This document shows positions 11,720-24,739 of a stretch of DNA of 64,000 nt, piece by piece. The position numbers were made by a program, and so were the translations under genes. How positions within the stretch are numbered: position 1 is the first letter of the stretch; each line of letters begins with the position of its first letter. This DNA is from Octopus bimaculoides (Eukaryota): the NCBI RefSeq assembly GCF_001194135.2, contig NC_068990.1, positions 57,215,495-57,279,494 on the forward strand, given 5' to 3'. The notes beneath the pieces are model-generated. The model did not search any database. It had not been told where the DNA came from and saw nothing but the letters and a program-made list of their open reading frames with translations.

Positions 11720-12670
11720 AGCACTTCCACTGTCCACCTTTCATTCCCAGCATACCTGTTCTCTGCCCCATCCCTTACACATTCCTCACAGCTTCTATCT
11801 TTACTGTTCACTAATCCCTCCCACTAACATCAATACCTGCACTCTACTAATTCTCCACCTCCACCACAGTTGCAAATCTCAAGTTTAATGCACCTCTTTT
11901 TCTCTCTCTTCATATTCATTACTGCTTATCCTTTTCCTTCTCACTTACTCACTCTTTATTCTTTACTTATCCTTCTCCTCGTCCTCCTCCTCCTCGTCCT
12001 CCTCCTCCTCGTCCTCCTCCTCCTTGCCATCTACCTTTTATCCATCCCCCTCCTACTTTCACTTTCATGTTCTCACATCTTCCACCACTTCTAGCTTCTA
12101 TCCTCTTTCCAACACCTTTAATTTGCATTGCACAATTTTACTTCCACACTGCACCTAACTCCTCCTTCTACTCCAAACTTTACATACCTCCCTCGCTTCC
12201 CCTTTTCAATCTCTACTCTTCTTATACCGACACCACTTTACTCTCCTACACAATACTCCACCCCATCCACTTTCACACTCACTTTCACAACGTCATCCCC
12301 CCCTTTGCCTCTGTTTGTATACCTCCCCTCAATCACTCATATCCCCCCCCACGCTTCTTCCCCTCGCTATCAATTTTCTCTCATCCCACCGAACTTTATT
12401 TCCATAGCTTAAACTTTCCTCCCACTCTCACTTTGCTTTTGTAAAACCACCCTCTATATTCCCTTCTTCAGCATCTCTACCTACCCCTCTTCAATTTTAT
12501 GATACATAGCAACACTTTCATTGCCCCTCCTCTTCATCAACACTCATTACCTCATCATCATCTGCATATTTTCATCAAATTCTACTTTTCCCCCATCACA
12601 TTCTGTCCCATCTGTCTCTCCATCATCTCTCTTCTGTTTCATTTATTCATATACATACATATACATATAC

Positions 12671-12705
<35 letters not shown>

Positions 12706-13123
12706 NNNNNNNNNNNNNNNNNNNNNNNNNNNNNNNNNNNNNNNNNNNNNNNNNNNNNNNNNNNNNNNNNNNNNNNNNNNNNNNNNNNNNNNNNNNNNNN
12801 NNNNNNNNNNNNNNNNNNNNNNNNNNNNNNNNNNNNNNNNNNNNNNNNNNNNNNNNNNNNNNNNNNNNNNNNNNNNNNNNNNNNNNNNNNNNNNNNNCAA
12901 ACTCCTCAATCCATCTCCTTCTCTCATTTACCCACTTTCTTGCAAACTCTAATCACTTTATTTCAATTCTTCCTTAACTATTTCCCCCCTTCTCTCTCTC
13001 TTTCTCTCTCTCTCTACCCCCGTTTCTCTCTACTCCATCTCACTCCTCCCTCTCTCTCTTTTCTTCTTTCTTACTTCTCAATCTTGCAACCTTCACATCT
13101 TCTATATCACTTACTCCTCATTC

Positions 13124-13165
<42 letters not shown>

Positions 13166-13680
13166 ATACACACTTGCCCTATTTTTATTTCTCTTTCGTT
13201 CTTTCTCTTTTCTTTCTCACTTACTCCCATACTCTTTCTTTACCAGTCTCTCTTTTTTCTCCTCATTTACTCCACAGTCATACCAATAATTCTCCCATTA
13301 CTCAATCTATCTCTCTTTCTCACCCTCCACTTTTTTTCTCTCTCTCTCTCTCTCTCGCCTTTTCTGTCTTTCTCTCTCTCTCTCNNNNNNNNNNCTCTCT
13401 CTCTCTCTCTCTCGCCTTTTCTGTCTTTCTCTCTCTCTCTCTCGCCTTTTCTGTCTTTCTCTCTCTCTCTCTCTTTCACTTCTCAAATTCTCTACTGCTC
13501 CATCTTCTTTATCACTCTACTGTTTCACTTCTGAATCTCTTTCTCCCTTCTCTCCCACCTCTTCCTCTTTCTCCCACTCACTCTCATCCTCTCTCCCCCT
13601 CTCTCTCGCAATCTTTCTCTCACTCCAGTCTCCTCCCCCTCTCACTCTCATCCTATACACTTTCTATCTCAGCTATCCTA
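11720..13680. repeat. Long pyrimidine-rich low-complexity tract with (CCT)n, (CT)n, (TA)n and two gaps
   Basis: Plus strand almost devoid of G over ~2 kb. The ORFs listed here are low-complexity L/S/F/P translations. Confidence 0.85.
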
Positions 13681-14764
13681 ACAAGGCAGTTGACATGCTC
13701 ATTCCAGGATTCTTCTGCCTGCCACTGCTGTGGCCACCAATGTTGATTATGATGATAATGACATTGATGTTCCTCCTCCACCCACCCATTTCCCAGCTGC
13801 CGTTCTGTCAGTATGCTCTGCTGGCCACACTTTGGGAAAGAATTCAGCCGTCACTATCTCTTATGTCCAGCCTGCTTTTGTTTTATGGCATAAGGTCAAG
13901 ATTTCCTTCATGGTCATTGCATTGGGTCATAAGTTCCCAGGACCTCTTTACTATCATCTCTCCCTTCCAACCCGTCCCTTGTTTCCCTTCCCTTCTTCTC
14001 CCTTTCTCACCCCCACCACATCCCGATCTAACCCACCCGCTCTCATTCCAAGGAAAAGTGAAACCAAACCAAACCAAACCAATCCAAACCCCAACACCAA
14101 CACCAACCCCTACACCGACCCATAACACTCCAAAACCCACCCATTCAATCGTGCCCCCTTTTTCTTTCTTCTGATATGTATGTTTAAAGACGGAGTGATG
14201 GTGAGAGGTGACAGGATGNNNNNNNNNNNNNNNNNNNNNNNNNNNNNNNNNNNNNNNNNNNNNNNNNNNNNNNNNNNNNNNNNNNNNNNNNNNNNNNNNN
14301 NNNNNNNNNNNNNNNNNNNNNNNNNNNNNNNNNNNNNNNNNNNNNNNNNNNNNNNNNNNNNNNNNNNNNNNNNNNNNNNNNNNNNNNNNNNNNNNNNNNN
14401 NNNNNNNNNNNNNNNNNNNNNNNNNNNNNNNNNNNNNNNNNNNNNNNNNNNNNNNNNNNNNNNNNNNNNNNNNNNNNNNNNNNNNNNNNNNNNNNNNNNN
14501 NNNNNNNNNNNNNNNNNNNNNNNNNNNNNNNNNNNNNNNNNNNNNNNNNNNNNNNNNNNNNNNNNNNNNNNNNNNNNNNNNNNNNNNNNNNNNNNNNNNN
14601 NNNNNNNNNNNNNNNNNNNNNNNNNNNNNNNNNNNNNNNNNNNNNNNNNNNNNNNNNNNNNNNNNNNNNNNNNNNNNNNNNNNNNNNNNNNNNNNNNNNN
14701 NNNNNNNNNNNNNNNNNNNNNNNNNNNNNNNNNNNNNNNNNNNNNNNNNNNNNNNNNNNNNNNN

Positions 14765-14798
<34 letters not shown>

Positions 14799-15861
14799 TA
14801 CATACCTATATTAATACATACACACAAAAATAAATACAACGATACACACATACATATATATGTACTTACATATAAATCTATATGCACAAACGCATACATG
14901 CCTTAATCTATACTCGCATATGCACACTATTCCAGTTCCAAATAAGTCTACTATCCTCAACACACCACCCCTGTTCCCTTCCACTTTGATATAAGACTTA
15001 GTGAATAATACAAACACAACAATACTACTATATAACGGTACCTATGGAAACTGACTAAGGTTCATCGGGCATGATCCCAGAGGAGAGTTTGAAACTGCAG
15101 ACTCTATTTTGACAGATACCAATCTGACAGTACTAAATACCAACTGACTCAAAATAGGAATTAGTTTCTTGAGTAGAATGTAATTATGAAAGTCAATTCA
15201 ATAGAAAATGGTTGTCAGAGCAGGAAAGATTATAATGGGGAAGTTGGCTGGTGCTGACGGTGGGAGAGGAAGCGAGAGCAGTTTTAGAGTAGAGGTTGTT
15301 GTTATTTGCTGTTGATGTTGGTGTTGGTGGTTGTGGTGGTGGAGGTGAATGAAGAAGGGTGGGCAAGGAATGGAACAGGGTGGTGAAAGGAGCTTTAGTA
15401 AACAAAGGGGAGAAGACTAAGAACACTAAGCAGTATTATCCAACACACCATAACTGACCACTGGGTCCCACATGTTAATGGAAAGTGGGGGGGGGCAGAA
15501 ATAATAGGTTGCCATAAATATATTCTTATGCTCTTTTAATGAACTTGCTTATTTTTATCCTTTCTCTTAAGCATCCTTCATTCAATTTATCCAGCAGCAG
15601 CAGCAGCAACATTAATCGCAACAACAACATTAATTGCAACAATGTTAACTACGACAACGACAAAGACCAAAGTAAACTACTCAGATTAGATACACACATG
15701 CAATCAGGCATAGACATTCTCATACACACACACACTCATTCACACATATACAAATATATCCTCTCTTTCCTTTTCTCTATCTCTGTCTTATTCTCAACTC
15801 CCTTCTCCTTACTTTTCTGACTTTTTGTCTCTCTCTGCTTCCATCTGTCTGTCTGTCTGTT

Positions 15862-15892
<31 letters not shown>

Positions 15893-16436
15893 TCTCCTTT
15901 CTTGATCTGTCTATTTAAAGAGGCGCAACTACTTAAGTTGATAGTATGCTGAACTGGTAACTGAAAGGTCCAATGTTCTTATAACATCATTGGTTATGTA
16001 TTGTATCCTTATTCAAGACTCTTAAGTCTACTTTACTCTAAGTAGGTGCCAATGTAAAAAACTGTAAATCTCTCATGCCTTCGAGTGGATTATTATGGGT
16101 CTCTATTAAGAAAACATGTTTCTAGAAATTCAACAAATGAGAGCAAACATTGCCAGACAATTTAGTGTTTATTCCTAAAGGATCAGTGAATAAAATTGTG
16201 TAAAATTAAAGGTCCATTTAAAATACACAGGAAAACCCTTTCAGTAATTTCTAAGGCAAGCCTTAGCACAGATAACATTGCCAGATGGTCTGGTATCTAT
16301 TTCTAGCAGCTCAGTAATAGAATTATATGAAACTTATCCTACCAGAGTAGGATGTAAAAATTCATCTCGCAAAAGCATGGACAGTTCTTGATGCCCTGAG
16401 TGTCATATGGAAGTTATCATAAGCTAGTCTCTTCCA

Positions 16437-16640
16437 CTACAGGCAGAAGGCCTGAAATTTGGTGGGAAGGGGCTTGTCAATTACTTTAGCCCCATTGCTT
16501 AACTGTTACTTATTTTATCAACCCTGCAAGGATGAAAAGCAAAATTGACTTTGGCAGATTTGGGACTCAGAATGTAAAAATGGATGAAATGCCATTAAGC
16601 ATTTTATCTGGTGTGCTGGCAAATCTGCCAGCTCATCATC
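16437..16640 (-). mobile_element. SINE family B
   Basis: Reverse complement of the 10217 copy (..ACTCAGAATGTAAAAATGGATGAAATGCCATTAAGCATTTT..CTGCCAGCTCA). Confidence 0.8.
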
Positions 16641-16744
16641 ATCAGCTAAAGTCCTTAACAGAAGTTTCTTCCATGCTTCTGTGAAATGAAGCTTATTGTG
16701 TGGGTCCTCTGATTGGACACTCCCCAAACATCCAAAGGTAAGGC

Positions 16745-17140
16745 TTGACGGAGCTCACACACTGTGTACATGTAGAATGTTGCCTTACTGACTGCCCAAT
16801 TCTCTGCAAGATTGTCACAGATCAGGAGATTAAAGAACGCATGGCATATCACCAGTTTGGGAAATTACATGGTTAGCAAATATTTTTTAAAGAATGTCTA
16901 TGGAAGCTTCAGCTGTCTCACTGAACTCATATATGCCATGATGTATTAATACTGCATGTGTTCAATTCTGAGAATACTAAATTACATAGCATGGAGCAGA
17001 TAGTGATCAAGAAATCATTGTTACTGCATGCCCACTTTCTTCAAAGGAATCTGGGCCTATCACAGCAAAGTTTTCCTCAGAGCAACATGCTATTATATGT
17101 TCACAATGTAGAAGACACTCATGAGGTTGCTGTGGATTGT
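16745..17140 (+). mobile_element. Highly decayed RTE-like RT C-terminal fragment
   Basis: VTDQEIKERMAYHQFGKLHG resembles the RTE EI..RI..A..AFG.L segment. Many stops and frameshifts. Confidence 0.35.
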
Positions 17141-18094
17141 TATCCAACTGATAGGGAAAGTTTTGTTTATCTATACAACCGGGCAGAAATGTGTTTTTTT
17201 CCCTTTTGAGAAAAACTGTGTCCTCTTTCTAAATTATGAACATGTTTTGTGCAAATTCTTTCCAGCTTTTCCAATCTTGTTGATTTATTCATTGCACGAT
17301 TAGAATCTTGTAAAAATAAATTTAAATCAAGGGGCTATATTTTTCACATATTATGATCTGAAATAAATGCCCAGTGCAGGCCTATACGTTGATGCAGGAC
17401 AATAAGAGACTGTTCACCACAACTCACCAATGGGTTTCAATATTCTCTGATATTTAGACAGTGTGCAGATTTCTTGTTCTCTTTTCATAAGAATTCTGTG
17501 TTCAGTTCAAATACCTTTTCTTGATAGCCCACTTCAAAATGGAAAAAAATTTCACTGCATCTGAATAGCTGAATCAACTCTTTCAAAAACATTTGGATCA
17601 CACCAGCCCAATGTTGCACATTCCACTACTTCATAGCCACTGAAATAGTATCATGTGTGCTACTCAACACCACTGTGTATGTTTTCCCCACCCAAGCTGC
17701 GTCAATCAAAGAGCTTCAATTTTAAAAACCATCAAATTTCTCTCCCAGATCCTGTATGATTTTTAAGAGAGCAGTAAGACCACAACTATGTAGTAGGCTA
17801 TGGTTACTGATTGAGTTAACATCCATGCTGGATTTATTTCATTCACTTAAGAAGGACGGAAGACAAAGCTTGCTTTTTTAATAACTAAACCTAAAAAGTA
17901 ATCACAATGAATTCTCTTGTATCACTAAACTAAACTATTTCAGCATTAGTCGTGGTCAATTGATAGACTCTTGCAAATTTCAAATTCAATCCACATTTGA
18001 GTGCTGCTTGCTATCTTACTACAACACCTTTGCTCACAAAAGCACTCTGCTATACAACAGCACTTGCCTCTCTAAACCGGTTTCAAATGTTGGT

Positions 18095-18780
18095 ACAGCA
18101 CCAGCAATTTCAGGGGAAGGGTAAGTTGATTACATCAACCCCATTCTCCCCAGAAATCAGCAGTTACTTATTCTATTGGCCCTGATAGGATGAAAGGTAA
18201 AGTTGACCTCAGCAGAATTTGAACTCAGAATGTAAAAATGGATGAAATGCCACAAAGCATTTTGCCTAGCATGCTGACGATTCTGCCAGCTTGCTACCTT
18301 ACATGCTTCACTAAATTAGCATACACATCCACACAATCACTCTTCTCCTCTCTCTATCTCAACTGAGTCTCTTTCTATAAATCCTCAGCTCAACCCTTTG
18401 TTTAATTTGTCTTACCTAGATCCATAATTATTTCTATTTTGGTACAGGATCGGCAATTTGAGGGAGAGGTAAGTTGATAACATTGACCCCCAGAAATTAA
18501 CTGGTTCTGACTTTATTGACTCCAAAAGGAAGCAAAATCAACCTCAGCAGAATTTGAACATAAAGAAGAACAAAATGCTGCTAAGCATTTTGATCAGCAT
18601 ACTAATTGTTCTGCCAGCTTGCTGCCTTACTCCCTTCTCTAAATTAGCATAAACATCCACCTAATTACACTCAAAACATCCATCGCTTCTCCTTTTGTTA
18701 TCTCAACTGAGTCTCACTCCATAAATCCTTAACTCAACCCTTTGTTTAATTCATGTTGCTTAGATCCACAATCCTTTCGA
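18095..18780 (-). mobile_element. Two SINE-B copies inside an old tandem duplication
   Basis: SINE-B at ~18095-18300 and ~18432-18630, each followed by the same non-SINE sequence (AAATTAGCATA.ACATCCAC..TATCTCAACTGAGTCTC..ATAAATCCT.A.CTCAACCCTTTGTTTAATT..TAGATCCA). Confidence 0.8.
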
Positions 18781-18841
18781 TTGCCATTCTTAACTCAGCA
18801 GATACTTTCCCAGGAGAATCCAACTACAGAAATTCAGTTAA

Positions 18842-19058
18842 CTCTTTAGCATTTAGCCATGTTCAGCCAAAATATTCTACCTGTTTTAAGTTCAAACTGG
18901 CACAAATTCAGATTTTTACATCTACACTGCAATGTCATTCAAGATATAAACAATCACATCTTTGAAATCCTAAGGCTACAAGATAATACAGAATTAATTT
19001 TTTTTAAATGTCAATAAATAAGCATTACATTTAACAGAGTAATCTGAATGCTAAATGG
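18842..19058. mobile_element. TTAA-site MITE (piggyBac-like termini), decayed
   Basis: TTAA CTCTTTAGCATT ... GAATGCTAAATGG. Interior homologous to 32779 and 57678. Confidence 0.7.
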
Positions 19059-19290
19059 CATCTATTTCATCCAATTTGGCACTGCTGATAAAGGTTACCA
19101 GCATTATTCCACCTCTTTTAGCTTCAGCCATCAAATTTCAAACCTCCTTATGAATTGTATTGCAAAAAATATTTATTTTTTAATTTCATGAGCCAAAGTG
19201 GGATCCTCTATAATATCTAAACCTTGCAGAAATAGCAACTCAACTTGCATCAAATCAAATCTTATAGTCTTTTTAAAAACAAATGTATTG

Positions 19291-19675
19291 AGGCATGGCT
19301 GTATGGTAAGAAGTTTGCTTCCTGAGTACATAGTTCCAGGTTCAGTCCCACTGCATGGCACTTTGGGCTGGTGTCTTCAACTATAGCTTCAGGCTGATCA
19401 AAATCTTGTGGATGGATTTGGTAGATGGAAACTGAACAAAGCCCATTGTATATGCATATAAATGAGTGTATGTGTGTGTGTGTGTGTGTGTCTTTGTTTG
19501 TCCACCACCAATGCTTGGTGTGTTTGCATCCCCATAACTTAGTAGTTTGACAAAAGAAACAGATAGAATAAGTACCAGCCTTTGCAAAAGTCAATACTGG
19601 GGTCAATTTGTTCAAATAAAATTCTTCAGGCTGTTGCCTCAGCATGCCCACAGACTGAAGCATGTAAAAGATAAA
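19291..19675 (+). mobile_element. SINE-like family A
   Basis: AGGCATGGCTGTATGGTAAGAAGTTTGC head, central (TG)n, tail ..GACTGAAGCATGTAAAAGATAAA. Confidence 0.85.
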
Positions 19676-21238
19676 TAATGTAATCCTGCATATGTAACTC
19701 AATAATAGGCAGAACATTTGTTTGTAGCTGTAATTGAGCAGGGTTCACATATGGTTGAACAATAACAACAGCATCAAAATCAACAACAGTAGCAACAACG
19801 TTTTTGTTTTATTGTTCAGTTATGGAAAGAATGGTGGGACCAGCATTCTTTTAATTTTTTAGGCTTTCTGTAACTAGTAGAAAAGGGTGGCAGTTATTCT
19901 CAAACCAGAGACTTTTCACAAACATTTGCAATAGAGACCCCTACACAAAAGCCACCCAAGAGTCAGGTGATAGTGTTAAATTAGGGGGTCGATTTAGCCT
20001 ACCACCAAGTGTTAATTTCTCTAATGAAGTATTTTAAATGTAATGGTCGAATTTCATGTGTTGTGTAGTCATTTCAATTGCATTCTGAGTAGGATATGAA
20101 GTGCTTTTATGTATGTGTGTGTGTGTGTGATGTATATTTTGCAGTATGCATGTGTGTTGTGTATGTTTTCTACACATGTCTTGTATGTATGCATAATGTA
20201 CTAATTTTAGCTAAGAGCTTCTCTACAACAATTTTTGATATATCTGTCAATCGCTGTTAGTTCCATATAGACTCTTTCAGGGATAATTAAATGTTTGTCA
20301 ATAAAAATAAAACACAGACTGGAGTTGGTTCTTCATACAGATAAATGATCAAAATGATTTTTATTCATTAGGAACTGCATCAAGACTATTTTCCATTAAC
20401 TTCTAGAGTATTTTATGAGTTGATTAAGAGATATTTTCTGTTTACCTGTATGATACTCTCAAACTATCATAAAATAAACAAATAAAAATAATTTCAATTA
20501 TTGGTTCTATAGCGCTTAAAAGATTGGAATTTTCCAAACCATTAACTCTTTAGGTGATAGAAAATGGTTCATCTTAGACCAAGAGGGATCTTTCTTTCTT
20601 TCTTTCTTTCTTTCTGAATACCCTCCACATCCCCACACATATATATATGAGAGAGAGAGGTACATAAACACACACACACTCACATATGTAAATATATATA
20701 TATATATATANNNNNNNNNNNNNNNNNNNNNNNNNNNNNNNNNNNNNNNNNNNNNNTATAAATACATACACACACACATACATATACTTATCTATTTATC
20801 TATCTGCCTCTTTTTATGGACAGGGCTGAATGTGAAGGTGCGAATATATATATATTTATTTATTTATCTATTATCAGATGGCATTCCGCTCATAATCACT
20901 ATCATCAAAGTTGACGGTTATAAATATAGTGGTGATACTTTCACTTTGCTATAAATATTTTACTACAATTACTTGATTGCGATAGTTAAAACTGATGTAA
21001 TTTTCATTACTTATCTTTAATATATTTTCACAACTTTTTGCTATTTCAATAGACTTAGTTGATAGTGATGTAAAATTATTGTTTTTTATATTTTGCTAAT
21101 AATGATTCTTTACATTTGAAGAAATTCCTATTTTTTAAGGGAGGGAGAACAGTGAGTATGCTTGTCTCCGGTACATACACTTTCTATAAAAGCCATATGT
21201 TATCATAGATATGATTAAAATAGCATTGTGAGTAATAT

Positions 21239-21284
<46 letters not shown>

Positions 21285-21286
<2 letters not shown>

Positions 21287-22101
21287 AGGTGCATTCCAGA
21301 ATTTTTCAGAAGAAACACTTATTAATTTCAAAGAGGTGCATAATGCTAATCTCTTTCAAAGTAAGATCACTTCCTTCATGAAGGCCCTATGGAAGTCCTC
21401 TCGAGTGAAAGTGCCCGAGGCCTTGTCACAGCCTCCTTCATCTTCAAAACAACAGTCTTGCAGTGACCGAAAGTCACAGGGAACAATGTCTGGACTGTAG
21501 GGAGTGTGAAGGTCAGTTTTGATGTGCATCTCTGTCAAGTGATTGGCTATCAGGATGTTTGTCACAGAGCTCCCTGGGAAAAAACTTTTCACGAATTTTG
21601 TACATGTTTAGATCTTCATGAATAATACTGTATACAGTTACCACTCCAACTCCAAATGGTATGCTTATTGTCTTTATAGACACATGATCTTCATACAGAA
21701 ATTTGAGAATTTTCCCAACTAGCTCTGATGCTCTTTTATCCTCTTCCTTCCCTCACTTCTCATCATCTCTCACCTCCTCTCTACCGTCCATGAACTTATT
21801 GTAGCAGTGAAAAAGTAAATCCATAAACAGACTGGAGCATTTCATAAGTTTCTTTAATATTTTTGCCCAGTTTAATACAAAGCTGTATTGCATAGTGGTC
21901 CTCTAAATGTCCTTAATGCATTTTGTAAGCTAGTCAGCTGTGACAAGCAGTGTTACAGCCATCTTCTTCAATCTAGAACAACAGGAGATGGCAAGTCAGC
22001 TTATTAGATGTATAATAATGATATAGTAGAATTACAATAATCTGGGAGAGTTATAACTGCCTCTCCTATAAAAAGTCTCTAAACTTTTGGACTGCACCTC
22101 A
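21285..22101 (-). mobile_element. Mariner (Tc1/mariner) element, internally deleted, TIRs intact
   Basis: TA|CAAGGTGCATTCCAGAATTTT at left versus TA|TGAGGTGCAGTCCAAAAGTTT (reverse complement of the right end). Minus strand gives HTH-region peptide (NKFMDGREEVRDDEK..IKTISIPFGVGVVTVYSIIHEDLNM) and the mariner motif HTPYSPDIVPCDF (YSPDLAPxD). Most of the catalytic core is missing. Confidence 0.88.
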
Positions 22102-22889
22102 TATAAATGTGGAATAACACTGGCTGAAATATTTTGTTTCAGAGTGACATCTCAAAACAGACTTATGTTAAGAACACAAGATCTTGCTCAGAATATCAGT
22201 GTATCACTAGGTGCAATGTTTCAGCCTTATTAGATTTCTTCAGTGAGGAGACATAATCTACTATACAATTTACTTCTTGATGCGCTATATAGAATAGCTA
22301 ATGGAGTAGGTTTATAATCATAGGTCCACTCAATTGACCTGGTGCTAAACTAGAGAAGTGGTGTAATAGATAATGTGGTTTTAGAAGGTTTGGTCATGGG
22401 CTTTTAATCCAGCAATGATCTGAGAGGAATTTAACTGCTATTTTTTCCTGGTTAAATGACCATGTAGAAGCTCCTATGTTAGTTTGTGATCCAGCCTATC
22501 AGTAATTAAAAGTGGTGTTGATATATATATATATTCAGTAAAGTTTATAGTAATGAGCTTTGTATTTAAGCAAAATAGAATAGCTGTTCAAATTTGAGAT
22601 TTAACTGTTCTTCAGCTTACTATTCAAACACCAAAATCCCCTTCGCAGTGCTTTAATCCTGCCTCCCAAAACTAAATCTGAGGTGAGTTAAGGTGGATTT
22701 GAACTCAGGATTGTGACATATCAAACAAGACATTACACAGGATAAAATGATATGATTTATCCATACAGTCTCTTGTATTAACTTAACCACTTATATTTTC
22801 TTTAATATTTACTAATATGAGAAGTTTATATGAGCTGTATTAAACCACATATAAATTAATGTTAAACCTTCAGGACAAACACTCACTTA

Positions 22890-23110
22890 GGTTTAGGTGT
22901 GCAAGGACAGTCCGGGGCTGGTTGATGAGAATTTTAGAAATGTGACGGACAAATGAAGCTAAAGCAGGTGATTGGTAGCGAGATAAAGCGTATGGTATTA
23001 AGACCTGTCAGAGCATGTTAGCCAATGAAGCAAAATCTTGATAAATATGTTGGTGGATATCTTTGCAGAAGATCTGAGATAAATCCTTGAAAGATTGTCG
23101 AAAGAAGGTT
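22890..23110 (-). mobile_element. Ancient CR1/Jockey-like RT fragment (tentative)
   Basis: KDLSQIFCKDIHQHIYQDFASLANML*QVLIPYALSRYQSPALASFVRHISKILINQ parallels the RT domain 0-1 pattern (L..LFN.....G.FP..WK.A.V.PI.K....NYRPISL.S...KI.E). In-frame stops. Confidence 0.4.
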
Positions 23111-23820
23111 TTATTATGTTAATTCTGTTCTCTGAAAGGTGCAAGAAAGAAATCAATGGATTAAAAAGAAATTCCATCTTCTATTAATTGCCAAGAAAAC
23201 TTTCAAGGTCTTATACAATAATTTAGAAATGAAATAAGAAATTAGTTTGAATAGAATGAAGTAGCTAGACCATGCATGTCTGGTATGCTATGTAATATTG
23301 AGAACTTCTCTGAAATGGATAATTGAATGAATTATCATAAAAACCATCACCACCACCACCACCACCACCATCATCGTCGTCGTCGTCGTCGTCATCATCA
23401 TAATCACTGCCGTCAGGTGGGTATTTTTGTTTGCTGTGCTGATAAGGTTTAATCATTTCCTCCCTACACATTTAAATAAACATCTGCCAGCTTTTTGCCT
23501 GCATTTCTATTCACCAAATTTGACTCAGACAGCATACCCTAAATGCCATGATGTAGAATCAAGCCAAGAACCATGAGGTTCCAAAATAAACTTTTCCTCC
23601 ACATGTTAATGACATAGCACAAATTTTGGCCACCATTTGAGGTAACCAAATGACAGCACATTTTTTAGCTGCAATATACATTCAACATGTTTATTCCTTT
23701 CCTTACCAAAGTGGCTGCCCCTATACAATCTGCACCCTCACACTCCACACTGTCACTGCCACATGGCTGTCATATTTGTTCCTATGGCAAATAATAATAT
23801 AAATAAGGTATACAGCTTTA

Positions 23821-24153
23821 TAGGTGCAGGCATAGCTGTGTGGTTAAGAAGATTGCTTAACAACAATGCGGTTTTGAGATCAGATCCACTGCCCAGTAAC
23901 TTGGGCAAGCAACTCTTACTTTGTATGTAGCCTGACCAATGCCTTGTGATTGAATTTGCTAGACGTAGACAGTGTGGCAGCCTGTTGTGCGTGTGTATGT
24001 GTGTGTGTGTGTGAGCATCTTTGTGTATGTCTCTCATCACTTGACAAGTGGTGGAGTGTTTATGTTTCCATTATTAGCTCAACAAAAGACTGATATAATA
24101 AGTACCAAGTTTAAAATAAGCACTGGGGTTGATTTGATCAGCTAAACCCTTTG
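23821..24153 (+). mobile_element. SINE-like family A, diverged
   Basis: TAGGTGCAGGCATAGCTGTGTGGTTAAGAAG head, central (TG)n, ATAAGTACCA..AAATAAGCACTGGGGTTGATTTG. Confidence 0.75.
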
Positions 24154-24739
24154 AAGCATTTTCCTAGTTTAACCTGATATTTTTTAACCAAGCATCCTTT
24201 GAATACTTCTATTACTTTTTACAGCTGAGATGCAAAGTGCAGTTGACAAATTAAGATGAGAAGTGTCCTCTGTGAAAACACTAGAAGAAATGGAGAACAG
24301 AGTGTTGGTAAGAAAATGGTTATAATATGATAATGAGTGAAGATAAGTGTGAAATACTTGGGAATGTAGAAATAACTGCTGATTTACCATTCCTGACAAG
24401 AGGTAATGTGTATCTCTAATGCAAGACATCTATTATAATGAATCAGTAAGAGCTTAGAGTTGAAATTTTGAATTAACACTGAAGAGGAAACTGATATTTT
24501 GAATGTAATGTTGGTTAATGTATATATGTGTAAGCACTATAAATGATCATCAGAGATTCTACAACTTTACATGAACATTTCAGATGTTTAATGTTCAAAA
24601 ATAGAAAGTTTTGTAGATTTGTTTTTCTTTTTTTTTACTTGTGGAATGTAAGTTTCTAAGTGTTGATTCTGCTTGTCAACTTTGAGACTGATTTTTCATC
24701 TTCGTATTAAATAATGTTTTTAGGAGTTTTATTCATGCA

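Noticed and set aside
13320-13470. Repeated CTCGCCTTTTCTGTCTTT units around a 10-N gap
   Set aside because: Copy number is unreliable because of the gap in (CT)n.
15193-15426. 77-aa minus ORF rich in P/T/N
   Set aside because: Built on (CCA)/(CAA) low-complexity sequence; two frames are equally open and neither is recognisable.
22890-23007. Apparent minus-strand exon VLIPYALSRYQSPALASFVRHISKILINQPRTVLAHLNL with GTGAGT donor
   Set aside because: The frame extends upstream through stops into an RT domain 0-1-like pattern, so an old LINE fragment is the simpler reading. A real exon is not fully excluded.
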